In this document: one piece after another, positions 1 through 17,847 of the stretch
Layout: the number at the start of each line of letters is the position of its first letter
Position numbering within the stretch: the first letter of the stretch is position 1
Assembly (NCBI GenBank): GCA_964016885.1
Contig: OZ024743.1
Location: forward strand, 178,684,001-178,748,000
Direction of reading: 5' to 3'
Length of the DNA: 64,000 bases
DNA from: Eledone cirrhosa
Lineage: Eukaryota
Position numbers and translations under genes: made by a program
The notes under the pieces: generated by a model
Told to the model about the DNA's origin: nothing
Databases searched by the model: none
The model's input: only the letters and a program-made list of their open reading frames with translations

Positions 1-25
1 TTACTTAAAGCATTGCGTAGTGAGG

Positions 26-386
26 TATAAATGTTTGAAGTTAGAAGGCCAGAACAATGCAGGTAAGGATATAGAATATAAATACAAATACAAAAGATAT
101 CGCTGACAATTAGTCTTTTACCTTAAATTTATTTGAATATCCTTAAGTTTTGAGATAATATCTCTTCCTCAGAGGGAAGTAAAGGGGTTAATCCAGTGTT
201 CTAATTGGCTTGCCAAGCTAATTAGAAAACTCGATTAACCCCTTTACTGAGGAAGAGATATTATCTCAAAACTTAAGGATATTCAAATAAATTAGAGGTA
301 AAAGACTAATTGTCAGTGATATCTTTTGTATTTGTATTTATATTCTATATCCTTACCTGCATTGTTCTGGCCTTCTAACTTCAAAC

Positions 387-393
<7 letters not shown>
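26..393. mobile_element. Fold-back (inverted repeat, ~180-bp arms) PLE pLTR-like insertion ending in (TA)n
   Basis: 26-210 is the reverse complement of ~214-393; each arm has a degenerate HHR-like CTGAGGA-a-gagat/atctc-aaaa-CTTAAG; (TA)n follows at 389. Confidence 0.65.
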
Positions 394-2700
<2,307 letters not shown>

Positions 2701-3537
2701 GCTTTTATGAACAATTGCATATGTTCAAATTGGGTTTCATTTTCCCAATTGTTTCTTGGGGGTTTTTTTTTCAGATATTTTTTTCCTGTTTGTTTTACTT
2801 TTCATATTTTAAACCAGTTTGACCCAGTCGAATATAAACATGTTGTGAAATACTATATGTGAGTTATGTGTAGATTTATGTGTCAATAAATATATAATAA
2901 AATATGAAAAAAAACCTTGCAAAATCAAATGATGAGAATGACGAAACAAAAAAGAAGAAATATTGAAAAAAGAGACTATATAATGAAATAAAGTGGTTTA
3001 AAATGATATGTCTGATGTGTTTTATATATTTGAGTATTTGATAAATTTGCTAAGAATATTGAAACCTGAAAAAGGTACATTATGCATAAAAGTTAGAGGA
3101 CTCTCTTATATTTTTCTTTGGAATACTAAAATATATTCATAGAAATGTATACATGCACACACATATGCACAAACGCACACACACACACGCCGACACACAC
3201 ATACACACATACACACACACACACATATTCATATATATCTTTATATATATATATATAGAAAGAGAGAGAGAGAGAGAGAAATAGATAGATAAATAGATAA
3301 TAATAATACTATTTATAGTTATGTATATAGTATAAACAACGATAAACAGGAAGGTCAGTAATTTCTTAATTACCTTATTACCAATAAGAGAAATAGCTCA
3401 ATGTATGAACATCAGTTGTTTTACAGAGCAGTTAAATAAATAAATTATAAATAGATAGATAGATATATGCAGAAATATATGATGGAGAACGCAAGACATT
3501 TAATAACAAAATTTTATATATATATAAAAAATTCTAA

Positions 3538-5587
<2,050 letters not shown>

Positions 5588-5603
5588 ATATATATATATA
5601 TAT

Positions 5604-5720
5604 CAATGTAACCCTGTTTGTAATTCTGTCAAAGTTACCCAATGAAATTGTCCTATCTGGCTGCCAGATAGGACAATTTCATCGGGTAACTTTGACAGAA
5701 TTACAAACAGGGTTACGTTG
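5604..5720. repeat. Near-perfect 57-bp-arm hairpin next to (TA)n
   Basis: 5604-5660 is the reverse complement of 5664-5720. Confidence 0.85.
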
Positions 5721-6131
5721 AACCCAAACTTTTCATGGAAGATAGGGAAAAGAGAATAGGCAATTGAAAAATGAAAAATGAAAATTTAACCTGAGGACTG
5801 CCTGTAAAAAAATTTGTTGCAGTGGGAAAAGGCAGCCATAGTGATTGCACGGAATTAAATTTTTTACAGCACATCTTCCAGTCTGGCCTTCTGTTATTAT
5901 TTTATAAATACTTTGCTCTCTTCCTGCACCATCCACTGGATACTACATCTATGATGGATGACTTATTTAATGTTGAGTGCTTTGTTTGATCTGTTACATC
6001 ACGATTTGCCTGCCAGAACCACCAGTTCTACTCTTAGGTAATCAAAATAACTTAAATAGCATATATATATATTATTGAGTAAAATGACAGGAGGCTGAAC
6101 TGGTGAAATTCTTTCAAAGATTTATTTCAGC

Positions 6132-6193
6132 AAACACTATGTACATTTCAACGGCCAGGTTACGTAAGATCCTAATGACATCATCAGATGTTT
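6132..6193 (-). ncRNA. Candidate type I hammerhead ribozyme
   Basis: Minus strand: aaacat-CTGATGA-(31-nt stem II)-GAAA-TGTACA-TA-gtgttt; 6-bp stem I, palindromic stem III, AUA cleavage triplet. Confidence 0.65.
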
Positions 6194-6326
6194 ATTGTAT
6201 ATTAGTTATATAATAAAGGAATAATGGTAAACATAATCCAAGAGGCTATAAGGAGAGAAAGCAGATAAAAAAAAGACAGAGAAAAATGTTTTTGACTCAA
6301 AGGCAATCAATGGGGCCAGTTGTAGC

Positions 6327-6520
6327 ACAGATTAAAGTTTAAGCAAAGAATTTCTGCTTTCACTCTATACAGGATCTTGTGAAAAGCAGAAATTATTTGC
6401 TTAAACTTTAATCTGTACTAATAATAAATATTTGCTCTATGAGTTTATATATATTTTATATATATATAAAATATATATTGAACCTTCTTCAGATTTGGGT
6501 CTTTGTATTTACTATTACTG
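6327..6520. mobile_element. Short fold-back relic of a PLE pLTR related to the 16101-19810 family
   Basis: acagattaaagtttaagcaaag...ctgctttc is inverted at ~6372-6416, followed by aataaatatttgctc, matching the 17670-17810 region. Confidence 0.65.
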
Positions 6521-6523
6521 TAG

Positions 6524-6554
<31 letters not shown>

Positions 6555-8001
6555 GATAGATAGATAGATAGACAGATAGATAGATAAATTTCTTTATTTG
6601 CCACAAGGGCACAAAAGAAGGGGACAAATACAAATGGGGAGTTTACATACAGGTATATGAAAATAAAACTACTAATAAAATAACAAATAACAATTGTAAT
6701 CCCCAATAGGGAGTAGGCGTTACACAGGGGTTGTACACACCCCGGAAAAATGTACAACCCTCATCTCCAGGAGCACCAAGAGTGAGTACTCCCTTCCTCT
6801 CTTTTTCCTCAACCTACAGGCTTATATAGAGAGAAGGCCCAACCACTCGGGCCATCTTTGCCACATTCACCCACCTTTTATCAAATTTGCTGGGGTACAG
6901 CACCTCTCTCTCCATCCTGATTCTTCTTCCAAAATGATATTTGAAAAAACGAATCAGTTGCTCGCCGGAGAGAAAAGTGTCTGACCTCAGCCCTTTTAAC
7001 CTCGACCACCATATAACCTCTATCACCATAGTCATAACACATAGGAAAACCACCTCTCCCTCGTTTTTGAAGGAGGGTGGGAGTGTGACCATAACAATGG
7101 ACTCGGTGGTCAACTGGATTGGTCCCACCCGCGACAATAGTCGTTCTACATAGCCCCACAGGTCGGTAATGCTCGGGCAGTGTACAAATGCGTGCACGAC
7201 AGTTTCCTCGTTGCGCACGCATCTCGGACAGATTTTTTTCGAAGGTTCCCTGCCTGGGCGCCCGTGTCTGTAGAGCTTGTCTCGAACTGGTAGAGCTCCT
7301 CGGTAGCACTGCCAGGCCAGGGACTTTTGGAAGTTGTCCATTGGTCCCGAGCGAAAGGTCCTACCAAACAGACTGGCCAGTTCATCCTCCTCTACGCCCA
7401 GAGTTTCTCTGAGCGCGTCGTCGCACTTGCTGCGGACCAACCCTCTATAGAATGTCGAAGTGGAGTCTCCACTGATCGCCGGGTCCGTTTGCCACAGGAC
7501 TGTGAGCGCCTGAGCACATTAGATGTGCCAGTCGCCCATTTTCTTCGGTCTTTGCTTGATCCAGGACTGCAGCTCGGTCAGCGAGATGAGTCATGGGAAG
7601 GGGCCCACACCAGTTGTCCGGTGAGGAATACGTGGAGATGCCGCAGCCTGATCGCGTGTTTGCGCATCATCAGCCACGGCATCCCCAGCCCTCTGTTTGA
7701 AGGGTGTTGGCAGCAGATGGATCTTCTCACCAAAGGAGCCTGTTTCTTCCAAAGGAATTGGAAGAGCGCGCGCTCCATTTTGGTGAGCGTTTTGGCTGGC
7801 CAAGGCACGACGGTCAAGCGGTAGTAGATGACGGACGCTATAAAAGTGTTCGCCACCTCCGCTCGACCTTTCAAGGATAGTTTGCACTCGGCCCACTTCT
7901 ATGTGAGCGCAAACACCTTGGCTATCACTTCGTTCCAGTTCTTCCCCACCTGGATGTCTAGACCAAACCAGACCCCGAGCAGCTTTACCGGTCCTTCCGT
8001 A
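6521..8001 (-). mobile_element. 5'-truncated Tx1/L1-clade LINE ORF2 C-terminus with (TATC)n tail
   Basis: PVKLLGVWFG, LSLKGRAEVANTFIASVIYYR, GLGMP, CPRC..EETVVHAFVHCP zinc knuckle; frameshifted; AATAAA then (TATC)n at 6521-6588. Confidence 0.85.
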
Positions 8002-8328
8002 TTGTGTGGAAAATTGGGTGTATCATTTCATATGAGATATATCAAATATATCACTTCCCAGACGACTCGTTTCATTATAAGATTTCTTGGGTGAAATTAT
8101 ACCAAATTATGTAGAAGCTTGTATAAGATCAACAGATACTTATTCAAGTGGGCTCTTATAATTCTTCAGTGGGTGCCCAATAATATTAATATTGATAACC
8201 AAATCAACATCAATATTTAGCGATAATCACCATCAGTGCTTGAGGGAGCTGCTAGGTTGTTAGTCCAGCAGTTCTAAAGAAAATTTCACACTGTCTCGAA
8301 AATAGGAGGAAGGAGACTATATATATAT

Positions 8329-9391
8329 CTGAGTTTTTCGAATATTAATAATAATTGTTTCTACATTTGGCACAAGGCCAGCAATTACCCAGTACATTAC
8401 TGGTACTTTCTTTTATCGACCCAGTAAGGATGAGAGGCAAAGTTAACCTCGGCGGGATTTGAACTTAGATCGTAAAGGGACGTAACTATGCTGGAAAGCA
8501 TGGCGCCCAACTCTCTACCTATACTGCCAATCCACAATAATAATGGGTTTTTTATATAGGCACAAGGCCATCAATTTTTTTTGGGGGGGGATAATCGATT
8601 AAATCAACCCCAGAGCGTGACTGGTTCTTTATTTTATCGACCCCGTAAGGATGAAAGGTAAAGTTAACCTCGGCGGGATTTGAACTCAGATCATATAGGG
8701 CTGTAACTCTATGCTACGAAGCATAGCCACCAACCCTCTACCGATACTGCCAATCCACCGTCCATTGAATATTAATAACAATATTCGATTTGTTTGCAAT
8801 TATGCAAACAAGCCTCATTTTTAAAGCTATGTCAGTAGAATGAGCCCCTGATTCTTGCTCTTGTGTTGGCATGTAAACAGAACTGCAGACACTAATGTTT
8901 CTGGTTATCACCCTTCATTAGTACAGTTCACTGTTCACCTGCCAACTGTCAGAGCTAGTGAAAATATATGGGATTTTCTAAAATATACAGTGACTGATTG
9001 GCCTGATTTGCATATTAACAGACTGGCTGATCAATCAGATCTGCATATTAGCAGATCCACTGATCAGCCAGATTTGCATATCAACAGACTTGCCAGCTAG
9101 TTTCTTGTATACGAGCGATTAATGGCTTTGCCAAATTCAAATTAAAAAAAAAAAAATGTTTGCTCTACATGGCTGAATACAATAAATGTAATCTGAGTTT
9201 TTCGAATATTAATAATAATATTCGATTTGTTTGCAATTATGCAAACAAGCCTCATTTTTAAAGCCATGTCAGTAGAATGAGCTCCTCATTCTTGTCTTCT
9301 TGTGTTGGCATGTAAACATATATTTTCACTAGCTCTGACAGTTGGCAGGTGAACAGTGAACTGTACTGATGAAGGGTAATACCCAGAAATA
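8329..9391. mobile_element. HHR-bearing non-coding element: ~437-bp monomer, partial direct repeat and inverted tail (family E), interrupted by a SINE dimer
   Basis: 8767-8878 is repeated at 9204-9318; 9318-9391 inverts ~8898-8970; minus-strand HHR fold 8880-8929 (core CTAATGA); homologous to 25790-26133. Confidence 0.75.
8354..8766 (-). mobile_element. Tandem dimer of tRNA-derived SINE with target-site duplication
   Basis: Two copies of gg(a)ttggcagtat..gttcaaatcccgccgaggttaactttgcct..ggtcgataaa..gtaccag; gaatattaata flanks both sides (8340, 8767); empty site at 9204. Confidence 0.85.
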
Positions 9392-9399
9392 TTTATATA

Positions 9400-9492
<93 letters not shown>

Positions 9493-9833
9493 AAATTTAG
9501 GTTGCTTGAAGTTTTGTATAAGAGAAATCCAATGCAGTGTTGGAGAGATAAAATCATGAGGGTATTATCATGTGATACACATGGAAGATGACAACATCAT
9601 TATAGAGAAATATAGAGAAGTCTCAGTAGTTGTGGCCTGTAGAAGAGGCAGACCTATGAAGACAGGAGCTGAATTGCATCAGAGGGATGAGAAAAGACCA
9701 TGAACTTTTGTGACATGTGGTACTGGAAAAGACTCACCAGCCTTAAAATGTAGCCTGATTTATTCATGCCTATATCTCTACCACCACTTCCTAGTAACTA
9801 TATTCATGACTATACAGCCCAGACAAAAAAATT

Positions 9834-10090
9834 AGTGGTAAGAGCATTGGGCTTATAATCGTGATGTTGTGAGTTTGATTCCTGGATTGGGCAATGTGTT
9901 GTGTCCTTGAGTAAGACACTTTATTTTATGTTACACCAGTTTATTCAGCTGTAGAAATAAGTAATGATGACACTGGTACTAAGCTGTATCAGCCTTCGCC
10001 TTTTTGGAGGGATAACATTGGTGGTGTGGAGAGGGGAGACAGGTGTACATGGGCGACTACTGGTCTTGCAGAAATCACCTTGCCTAGACA
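9834..10090 (+). mobile_element. tRNA-derived SINE, second family
   Basis: A/B-box-like agtggtaagagc...gagtttgattcc, then gtgtccttgagtaagacactt core; related degenerate copies near 36020-36270 and 49000-49180. Confidence 0.55.
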
Positions 10091-11472
10091 TATGATCAAT
10101 GAGGGTCTTTACTTCTACACCCCAACCCACTATCACTCCTAAGCACAATGTCTAAATCCTAATACACCAGCTATAACCCCTTAATAGCTCTTTCTATCAT
10201 AACAGTCCCCCTCCAACTCTATAGAAAATCATCCCCTCCTGCTCTACAAGGATCACCCCCACTCTATTCTAAATCCTAACATGTTCTTGTGTCATCACCA
10301 GTGTCATCAATAGTGAGCTATTGACACAGTTTAAGCTCCAGCATTCTCAGTCGACTATTGTAACACACAGAAATATTCTTTTGAGGTCTGCGTCCATCTC
10401 GATGATTCATCTCATGGTGATATACAGCCAGTTAACTTGTCTCTTTGTATCCGGACTCCTGAGGAGCAATCTTCCAGTGGTTTCACCATGGCAAGTGACA
10501 TGGCCAGCAAGGACCAGATGATGATGCTTCAGAAAATCAGAGATACGAGGCAGGGATTCTTATAGAGAGTTGTTTGTTGGATGATGTCTTTAGTAATTAT
10601 TCCCGTTCATCACAATACCACCAAAGCTATCGGAGATAACCCTCTCACCACTCTGTTTAATTTCGTCACACTTGTCATACACCTATGGCATACTTCTCTT
10701 CTCGGTGCCTTGGTCTATATCATACCCTTTTGAACCAAACAACACAGTTCTTTTATCCATGACACTACACTTGTCATTTTTTTCCTACCTTCTCCTATCG
10801 CTTACCCACAAAATACTTATTATTCTTCCTACCTTCCACCATCTTATTACATTTATTCCATCATATAACTCTCTAGGGTAGAGTGGACACTTCAATGATA
10901 ACACAACAACTACCTTTGAGCTGGGGCCAGAAAAAACAGCCTGTAAGGTGGTTGGTGATAGGAGGGATATCCAGCTAGAGAAACTAAACAAAAATTAACG
11001 AGAGAGTTCTTCAGTTGTGTCAAGGGCCCAACAACCTCTCTAGTGTTGAGAAAACACACCCAGTACACTCTGTAAAGTGATTGGTGGTAGGAAGGGTGTC
11101 CAACCATAGACGACTTAGGTCGTGGGGCTCTTTGGTTTTGACAAAGACATGAGTGCATCCATAGTGCTGGTGCTATGATAACATGCATCCATTCAACCCT
11201 TACTAGCAGGGAAAACTGAAGGGAAATGAGGAAAATGATGACAATGATGATAATGATCATCACCATTATCATTGTTTAAGGTTCAACACATTGGGGAAAT
11301 AGAGAGGTCAAATAAAACTGTGATATTTCATGCTGTTATATTAGAACCCTAACAGTCCTATATAAGCAAGACACGGTCACACAACCCAACTTGCCTCTAA
11401 TGGGACAAACCCGTGTAACCCATGCTAGCATGGAAAATAGACCTTAAACAATGATGGTGATGATACGTATAT

Positions 11473-11670
11473 ATCATGTTTAGCATAGAAATGGCTTCTA
11501 CAGGACTAGAACAATTTCAAAAGAAATCATCAGGACATTCCTGGTGATTTCTTTTGAATGAAACAGTTGTTGTCCTGTAGAAGGCATTTCTATGTTAAAC
11601 ATGATTTTTACACTTTACTAATGTATTGAGTACCTTACTTACTGTGGTTACACCTGATTGAACCTAGGAC
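11473..11670. mobile_element. Short fold-back insertion with degenerate HHR
   Basis: 11473-11535 is inverted at 11540-11605; right arm reads ggac..CTGGTGA-t-ttc-tttt-gaa-t-GAAA-cagttg-TT-gtcc and the left arm keeps CTGATGA. Confidence 0.6.
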
Positions 11671-11801
11671 TCACACACACACATTTACATATATATATAT
11701 ATATATATATATACATACTCTTTTACACTTTTACCTGTTCCAGCCATCCGGCTGTGGTCATGTTGGGGCACTGCTCTTGAAAAATGTTGCTTGGTAGTGA
11801 T

Positions 11802-11832
<31 letters not shown>

Positions 11833-11835
<3 letters not shown>

Positions 11836-13147
11836 GGAAAATTTGAACAGGAACAAAACAGAGAGGCAGTACAACGAATGTTTATTAATTTCACGCTCTT
11901 GAGAGTGGGGTGGTGGTGGGGAACGACGTTTCGGGCATAAGCCCTTCTTCAGGTGAAAAGTGTGTGGGAAGATAGTTCAAAGGGTGTGTAGGGGAGTGGT
12001 GGAGATACATATAGCGAAAAGGGGGTGGGTGGAAACGGTGCGAATGAAATTAAAAATAAAAGCATGATCAAAATAAAATTAAAATGGGGTAAAACAGGTG
12101 GTGGAAGGGTGTGGGGCGTGTAGGGGTGGTGGCGGGTGGAGTGGGGAGAGGGAGACAGGGTGTCCGAGCGGGGAGGGCTGAAGGTGGTGTGTGTGTGTAG
12201 GTGTACGTGTGTGTGTGTGTATGTGAAAGCAAGGGTTGGGGGAAGAACGGGGTTGCATGTTCAGGAAGAGGTGTGTGTGGGGTGGGTGTAGGTCGGAGTG
12301 TGTGTGCGTTTGTGGATAGAGGGGTGGGGGGAGAGGAATCCGGAGGCTGAATGTGTAAATATGTGGTGGAACGCACGTGTGTGTGGGGTTAAAGCGTGTT
12401 GTGGGTGTAGGTGGCGTGTGGGAAAAAAAATGTTTTTGGGTGTGTGTGTGGGTGAGTCAAAAAGGTGATTCCGTAAGATGTTGTGGAATGGTTGGTAAAA
12501 TCCTAGGATGGTAGTTGATTCCGCGGTCAAGGTCCACATACGAGTAATCCGTGAAGAGATGGTCGGAAGAGGGGAGATGTGGGGTGCGCGCGCAACAGGA
12601 AGTGGTCAAGGCAGTAGGAGTGCTGTGTGTCTGTGTGTTCTGGGAGGTGGTCAGAGGGCATAGCAGCAGTAGGGTGGAATGGTAAAGGGGCGAGGATGGG
12701 TAGGTGTGAAAGTTGGAGTGAGGAGGGGGTGTGTGTGTATTAGTAGAGGTGTTAGGGGATGAGTGAGTGTTTGAGAAAGGGTGTGGGTGGAGCGGGGATA
12801 GAAGGGTGTGGGGGTCGATGGAGGGAGTGTGGTGTACTGGTGTGTGTGTAGTTTGATGAAGGGGGTGTCAGTGGGTGTTAGTATACGGGAGGTGGAGAAA
12901 GGGTTGAATGCGGGTGTGAGTGGGGGTTAGTGGTGGTAGGGTGTGTAGAGTTGGTGGTGCAAGAGGGTGTGTGTCTACGTGTGCGTGGGGTTGGGGGGTG
13001 TTAGTGATGTTAGTTGCGTGTGGGGTGGGTGGTGTAAGTGGGTGCGTGTGTTCGTGTGCTTGGGGTCAGGGGGTGTTAGTGATGTTAGTTGCGGGGTGGT
13101 GGGGTGGATGTGTGGGGGTGAGGGTTTGTGGTGGTAGTAGGGTGTGT
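11833..13147 (-). mobile_element. G/T-rich PLE-like 3' region between (TA)n arrays with minimal HHR-like motif
   Basis: Terminal ~68 bp recur at 42355-42423; minus strand CTGAAGA-a-gggc-ttat-gccc-GAAA-CG-TC at ~11925-11953 with weak stem I. Confidence 0.5.
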
Positions 13148-13204
<57 letters not shown>

Positions 13205-13293
13205 GTAGAACACTGGAAGGTAATATTCATAGTGGTAGAGCACTCAGTCCATGGGACGAGTTAGGTAGAAGCGAACTAACTGTTGTGTAACCA

Positions 13294-13362
<69 letters not shown>

Positions 13363-13725
13363 GTATATATATATATGTAAAAGGGAAACAGAAATAACAA
13401 CAAAATCGGTATACTATATGGAAGGGATATATTAGGTTAACGCTTGATATAGCAGGAAGAGGGTCTTAAAGTTTCGGACGCTAGTCCTTCATCAGAAGAA
13501 AGAAAGAGAAATAAGATAGATTGAGGGGACGGGCGGGATGGAATTGGAAAAATGTCTTTAGATAAAAATAACAGGTCCATTCATGTTGACATCTCTTGCA
13601 AAACTGTTGGTGCTGGCGTTTTGTGTATGATTTATGTTTTAGAAAAGTGGCTGATGGACCGCGTCTACCTGAAATGGAAAAAAAAACGTTTTCTACAAAG
13701 AGCTATACTTGTGCATCTGCGTAAG

Positions 13726-13835
<110 letters not shown>

Positions 13836-14057
13836 TCCGTACGAAGCTAAGAAGAAATGTGTGTGTATATGTGAGTAAAAAAGTGCGTGTGCATGTAAAT
13901 ACGAAGCTATGAGCAAAAGTATGTTAATATGAGAGTGTGTATGTGTGTATACCAGAGCAGTGAAGGGAAATGTGGAGTGAGCATAAATAGTCAGTCTATA
14001 TATATTCATACGTGTATGCACCATTTAAGTATAACAGCTTGAAAATATACTATTATT

Positions 14058-14222
14058 AGGGTCGGACGCCATGCTTTCCAGCATAGTTACGTCCCTTTAC
14101 GATCTGAGTTCAAATCCCGCCGAGGTTGACTTTGCCTTTCATCCTTACGGGGTCGATAAAATAAAGTAGCAGTAATGCAATGGGTAATTGCTGGCCTTGT
14201 GCCTAACGTAGAAACAATTATT
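14058..14222 (+). mobile_element. tRNA-derived SINE (same family as 8354-8766)
   Basis: gagttcaaatcccgccgaggttgactttgcctttcatccttacggggtcgataaa. Confidence 0.85.
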
Positions 14223-15227
14223 TTTACATACTTATTGAAATAATCTACCAGTGCATTAAGAGAGACAAGGGAGACGACTTTACATGATTTTAGAGTTATT
14301 TCCCATGGATAAAGACTATAGTTTCCTAAGAGTCTTATCTTTACTTTTCATGTTACTTGTTCGTCCGCTTCCTCTTCGCACCGCCGAGACATCAGGGGTC
14401 CTCAGACCCCGTACAACCGAGCTCCTCTGTAAAATCGGAACGTCAACAGCCCGCGAAGTATAGTAGCTGTTACAGCGGGTGTCGCTGGACATTCTCCGCA
14501 GAAATGCCTTTGCAGTACCACTCTTGTATTGGGTCGATTCTTTCTCTATATCGCTTTCTTACTTCCACCCACTCACTTTCTCTACCTTTCCCTGGAAGAA
14601 ATCTGCAGAGTTCAGACCCAGAGATGAGATGGGCTCTACCAGGCTTTAAAATGCCCTTAAACGCCGTATGTCACTACGGTGCTCCTATGATTCCAACAGG
14701 AGTTACGAGACTAAAGAGAAAAATATTTTTCATTGAGTACTTGAAAGTATCCAACGTTATAATTTTGAATTTCCCTTATTATGGTGGCTGTTACATTCTT
14801 TATTTCCCATAGTAACGCAGTCTATTTGGCTGAACCGTGATAGCCTTGTATAATTGATTCGTTTCCCTGCGTCCTCAGTTGAAATCCCGCTGATGTCCAC
14901 TTTAACTTTCATCTTTTCGGAGTTTAATAAGAAAGTAGCAGCCCAATCCTAATGCAACCATCTTTCCTTCCAGCTTTTACATATTGCATATTCCACAGGA
15001 TCATTAATGGGAGAGCTGAAAAGGTGTCTTCGTCAGCTTGCAACTGCATAAGCACGTAATGACTCTTGGGGAAAGCACCTTACATACTGCCAAGCCATAC
15101 ACGATTATGACCGATGGATTGAATATCTATTTTTGTGCAAATAAAAATGTTAAAAACTATTTTTGTCTCAAGTGAATTTAAATGTTCTATTTATAAAATT
15201 AATACAATATTTATTGTGTATCAACTT

Positions 15228-15311
15228 GTTACGAGCGTTTCACAGAGGATTGGTTCACGGTGACCCATAAGAAATATAGACCCGACTCCAGTATCGATCT
15301 GCTCGTCAGAC
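15228..15311 (-). ncRNA. Candidate HHR with long stem II and weak stem I
   Basis: Minus strand: gt-CTGACGA-gcaga...tctgt-GAAA-cgctcg-TA-ac. Confidence 0.4.
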
Positions 15312-15460
15312 TTGTGATGTGACAAAAGATTCGAAAAGCGATAAATATTTTTCATATGTAAACGAAACTTCCTTGTTTTCAGTTCTATTATATACACTAT
15401 GCCTATGCATAAAGTGGTTGATTTGGTACCCGCACCAGTATTTCACCGTAATACCCATAC

Positions 15461-15533
<73 letters not shown>

Positions 15534-17101
15534 GACACAGATGAAAGTATTGTTAAACTCTTAGCAACCGATTTACCACGATTTACCAAAGATTTTGGAT
15601 AGATCCAATCAGATTAGCAATTCTAGATATTGCTTACTTGTTCATTGGTGAAACACGTGTCGAGTATGTAATAATTGTTAGTCCTCCTTTAACTGTTAAA
15701 TTCTTATATTCATGTGACTTATTATATTATATATAAACACTCCTGGAATTACTTTCATTGTACCCACGGTTTATCACCACGGAAAGCTTATGATAAGTGA
15801 TTCATTTGTTGAGTCAAAAACGACTGCATGTTGACATAGTGTTCAATTTTCCCTAGCGAAATCTGATCACTACTATATATTCTCCCCGCTCCCCCCTCTC
15901 TCTCTATATATATCTATATATATATAATGTATATATATATATATAACGAAGGAGGTGTGGTAAGGAACCAGATGGACCATAACGCACCACCAGAGTACTC
16001 AATACTTACTGTAATATTTGAGTCCAGAAATAGCCGTCGAAAGGGCTTGAGCTCTGCCGTCGGCGTTAAACATTTTCCTAAATATATATATATATATACA
16101 TATTTATTAAAATAACAGATTAAAGTTTAAGCAAAGAATCGCTGCTTTCACCTTTAACGGGATCTTCTGAAACTAACAAAGTCAGTCTGTAAACGCAGTA
16201 CTGGATATTTCAAAAAACGTTGCAACCGGAGGAAGACAGGAAGACGATACTTTGGTTCATGGTGACGTTCGCTGGCAAAGAACGGGAAAAAACGAATAAT
16301 ACGTCATTAATAGGAGCGGTGAAAAACAATTACGCGCAAAGACAGAACCACGTTTATGGTATAAAAGAGGTCGTAGACTAATGTTCTCTAAGTGGTGCAT
16401 AGAGACGTTCTCTGGCAATGAACGAAAAAGCGAAGATAATAAGTCATATGTGGAGCGTGGAGAACAATAGCACGCAAAGACAAAACCACGTAAATGGTAT
16501 AGCAGAAGTTGTAGACTAAAATTCTAACTAGGAGACCGAATGAATCTCCGCTACAGAGTTAAGAACAAAGTAAATAAATACAATACTGAAGTAATAGAAA
16601 CAAATAAATACATACGCGCAAACAGATACGTACATACACAAGCATACTCAAAACCTTACCATAGGTATACAAAACCACGCACATATAAATATGTGTATGT
16701 GTGTATGCTTGTGTACAAATAAATAAATAATTATATAAACGTATATAAGTAAATAAATACGTATATAACAAGCGCACACACATACCTACAAATAAATACA
16801 CGAAGGTTCGGAGACGTAAGTCAACTAAAACAAGAAGTACACATATACACACACCCACCATACGTACGAACCTGCATACTCACGCAGACGCAAAACTCCC
16901 ATATACATATAACCAAACCCTAAATACCAGAATATGTAAAAATTATACGCCGTAACAGTCAAATATACGTACGAGAAGGTATACATACCTTCACAAAACA
17001 TACGGGTAATATATACTTACCTATGCAAATAAGTAAAGGAATAAACAAAACATATACTTAGCTCCCACATCAAGACGTAAAATATCCACGTATAGATCGT
17101 G

Positions 17102-17358
17102 CTATCCGTTAGGGTATAACGTGGGGCTGTAATACAGGAAAGTTTTGTGCAATTTATGTTTACAAGCCGAAATTGCCTCAGATTTTTTGTTTAAGATGTG
17201 GTCTGTGGCGTAGAGTATTTCCAGGGCCTCAGCGTCGCAGAGGTCACATGGTCTTTTATTTCCGTTATACGATCTAGCCCTAGCTAGGATCTCCCAGTGT
17301 AACTTATATTGGGTGTGGTTGTCTTTTAGACTCCAGATATAAGCTGAAAGTGACGTCC
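17102..17358 (-). pseudogene. C-terminus of family A GIY-YIG domain in the inverted arm
   Basis: Manual translation TSLSAYIWSLKDNHTQYKLHWEILARARSYNGNKRPCDLCDAE...LNKKSEAISACKH...*; homologous to the ends of ORFs 44236-45312 and 58248-58766. Confidence 0.8.
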
Positions 17359-17642
17359 ACGCTCCACATATGACTTATTATCTTCGCTTTTTCGTTCAAT
17401 GACAGAGAACGTCTCTATGCACCACTTAGAGAACATTAGTCTACGACCTCTTTTATACCATAAACGTGGTTCTGTCTTTGCGCGTAATTGTATTTCACCG
17501 CTCCTATTAATGACGTATTATTCGTTTTTTCCCGTTCTTTGCCAGCGAACGTCACCATGAACCAAAGTATCGTCTTCCTGTCTTCCTCCGGTTGCAACGT
17601 TTTTTGAAATATCCAGTACTGCGTTTACAGATTGACTTTGTT

Positions 17643-17693
17643 AGTTTCAGAAGATCCCGTTAAGGGTGAAAGCAGCGATTCTTTGCTTAAACT
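17643..17693 (+). ncRNA. Family A pLTR hammerhead (variant core CAGAAGA); minus copies at 16124-16174 and 60934-60984
   Basis: agttt-CAGAAGA-t-ccc-gttaa-ggg-t-GAAA-gca..tgc-TT-aaact. Confidence 0.65.
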
Positions 17694-17847
17694 TTAATCT
17701 GTTATTTTAATAAATATTTGCTCTTCGGTTCTTATATATTTGATATATATTTTCCTTATCGAGTCCTCTTTGGATTTTAGTCTTCAATTTTATTATTATT
17801 ACTATTTGGCTCCTTCGGTTGAGCACTCTATTGACTTATATTCATCA

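Noticed and set aside
13455-13500. CTGATGA-a-ggac/gtcc-GAAA on the minus strand (similar relics near 27791, 41784 and 55605-55650)
   Set aside because: Core and stem II only; cleavage triplet or stem I missing or decayed, so treated as relics
15556-15665. HHR-like fold actc...accgat/attggt-GAAA-CACGTG-TC-gagt
   Set aside because: Stems are suggestive but the 5' core reads ttagca instead of CUGANGA; not called without a family consensus
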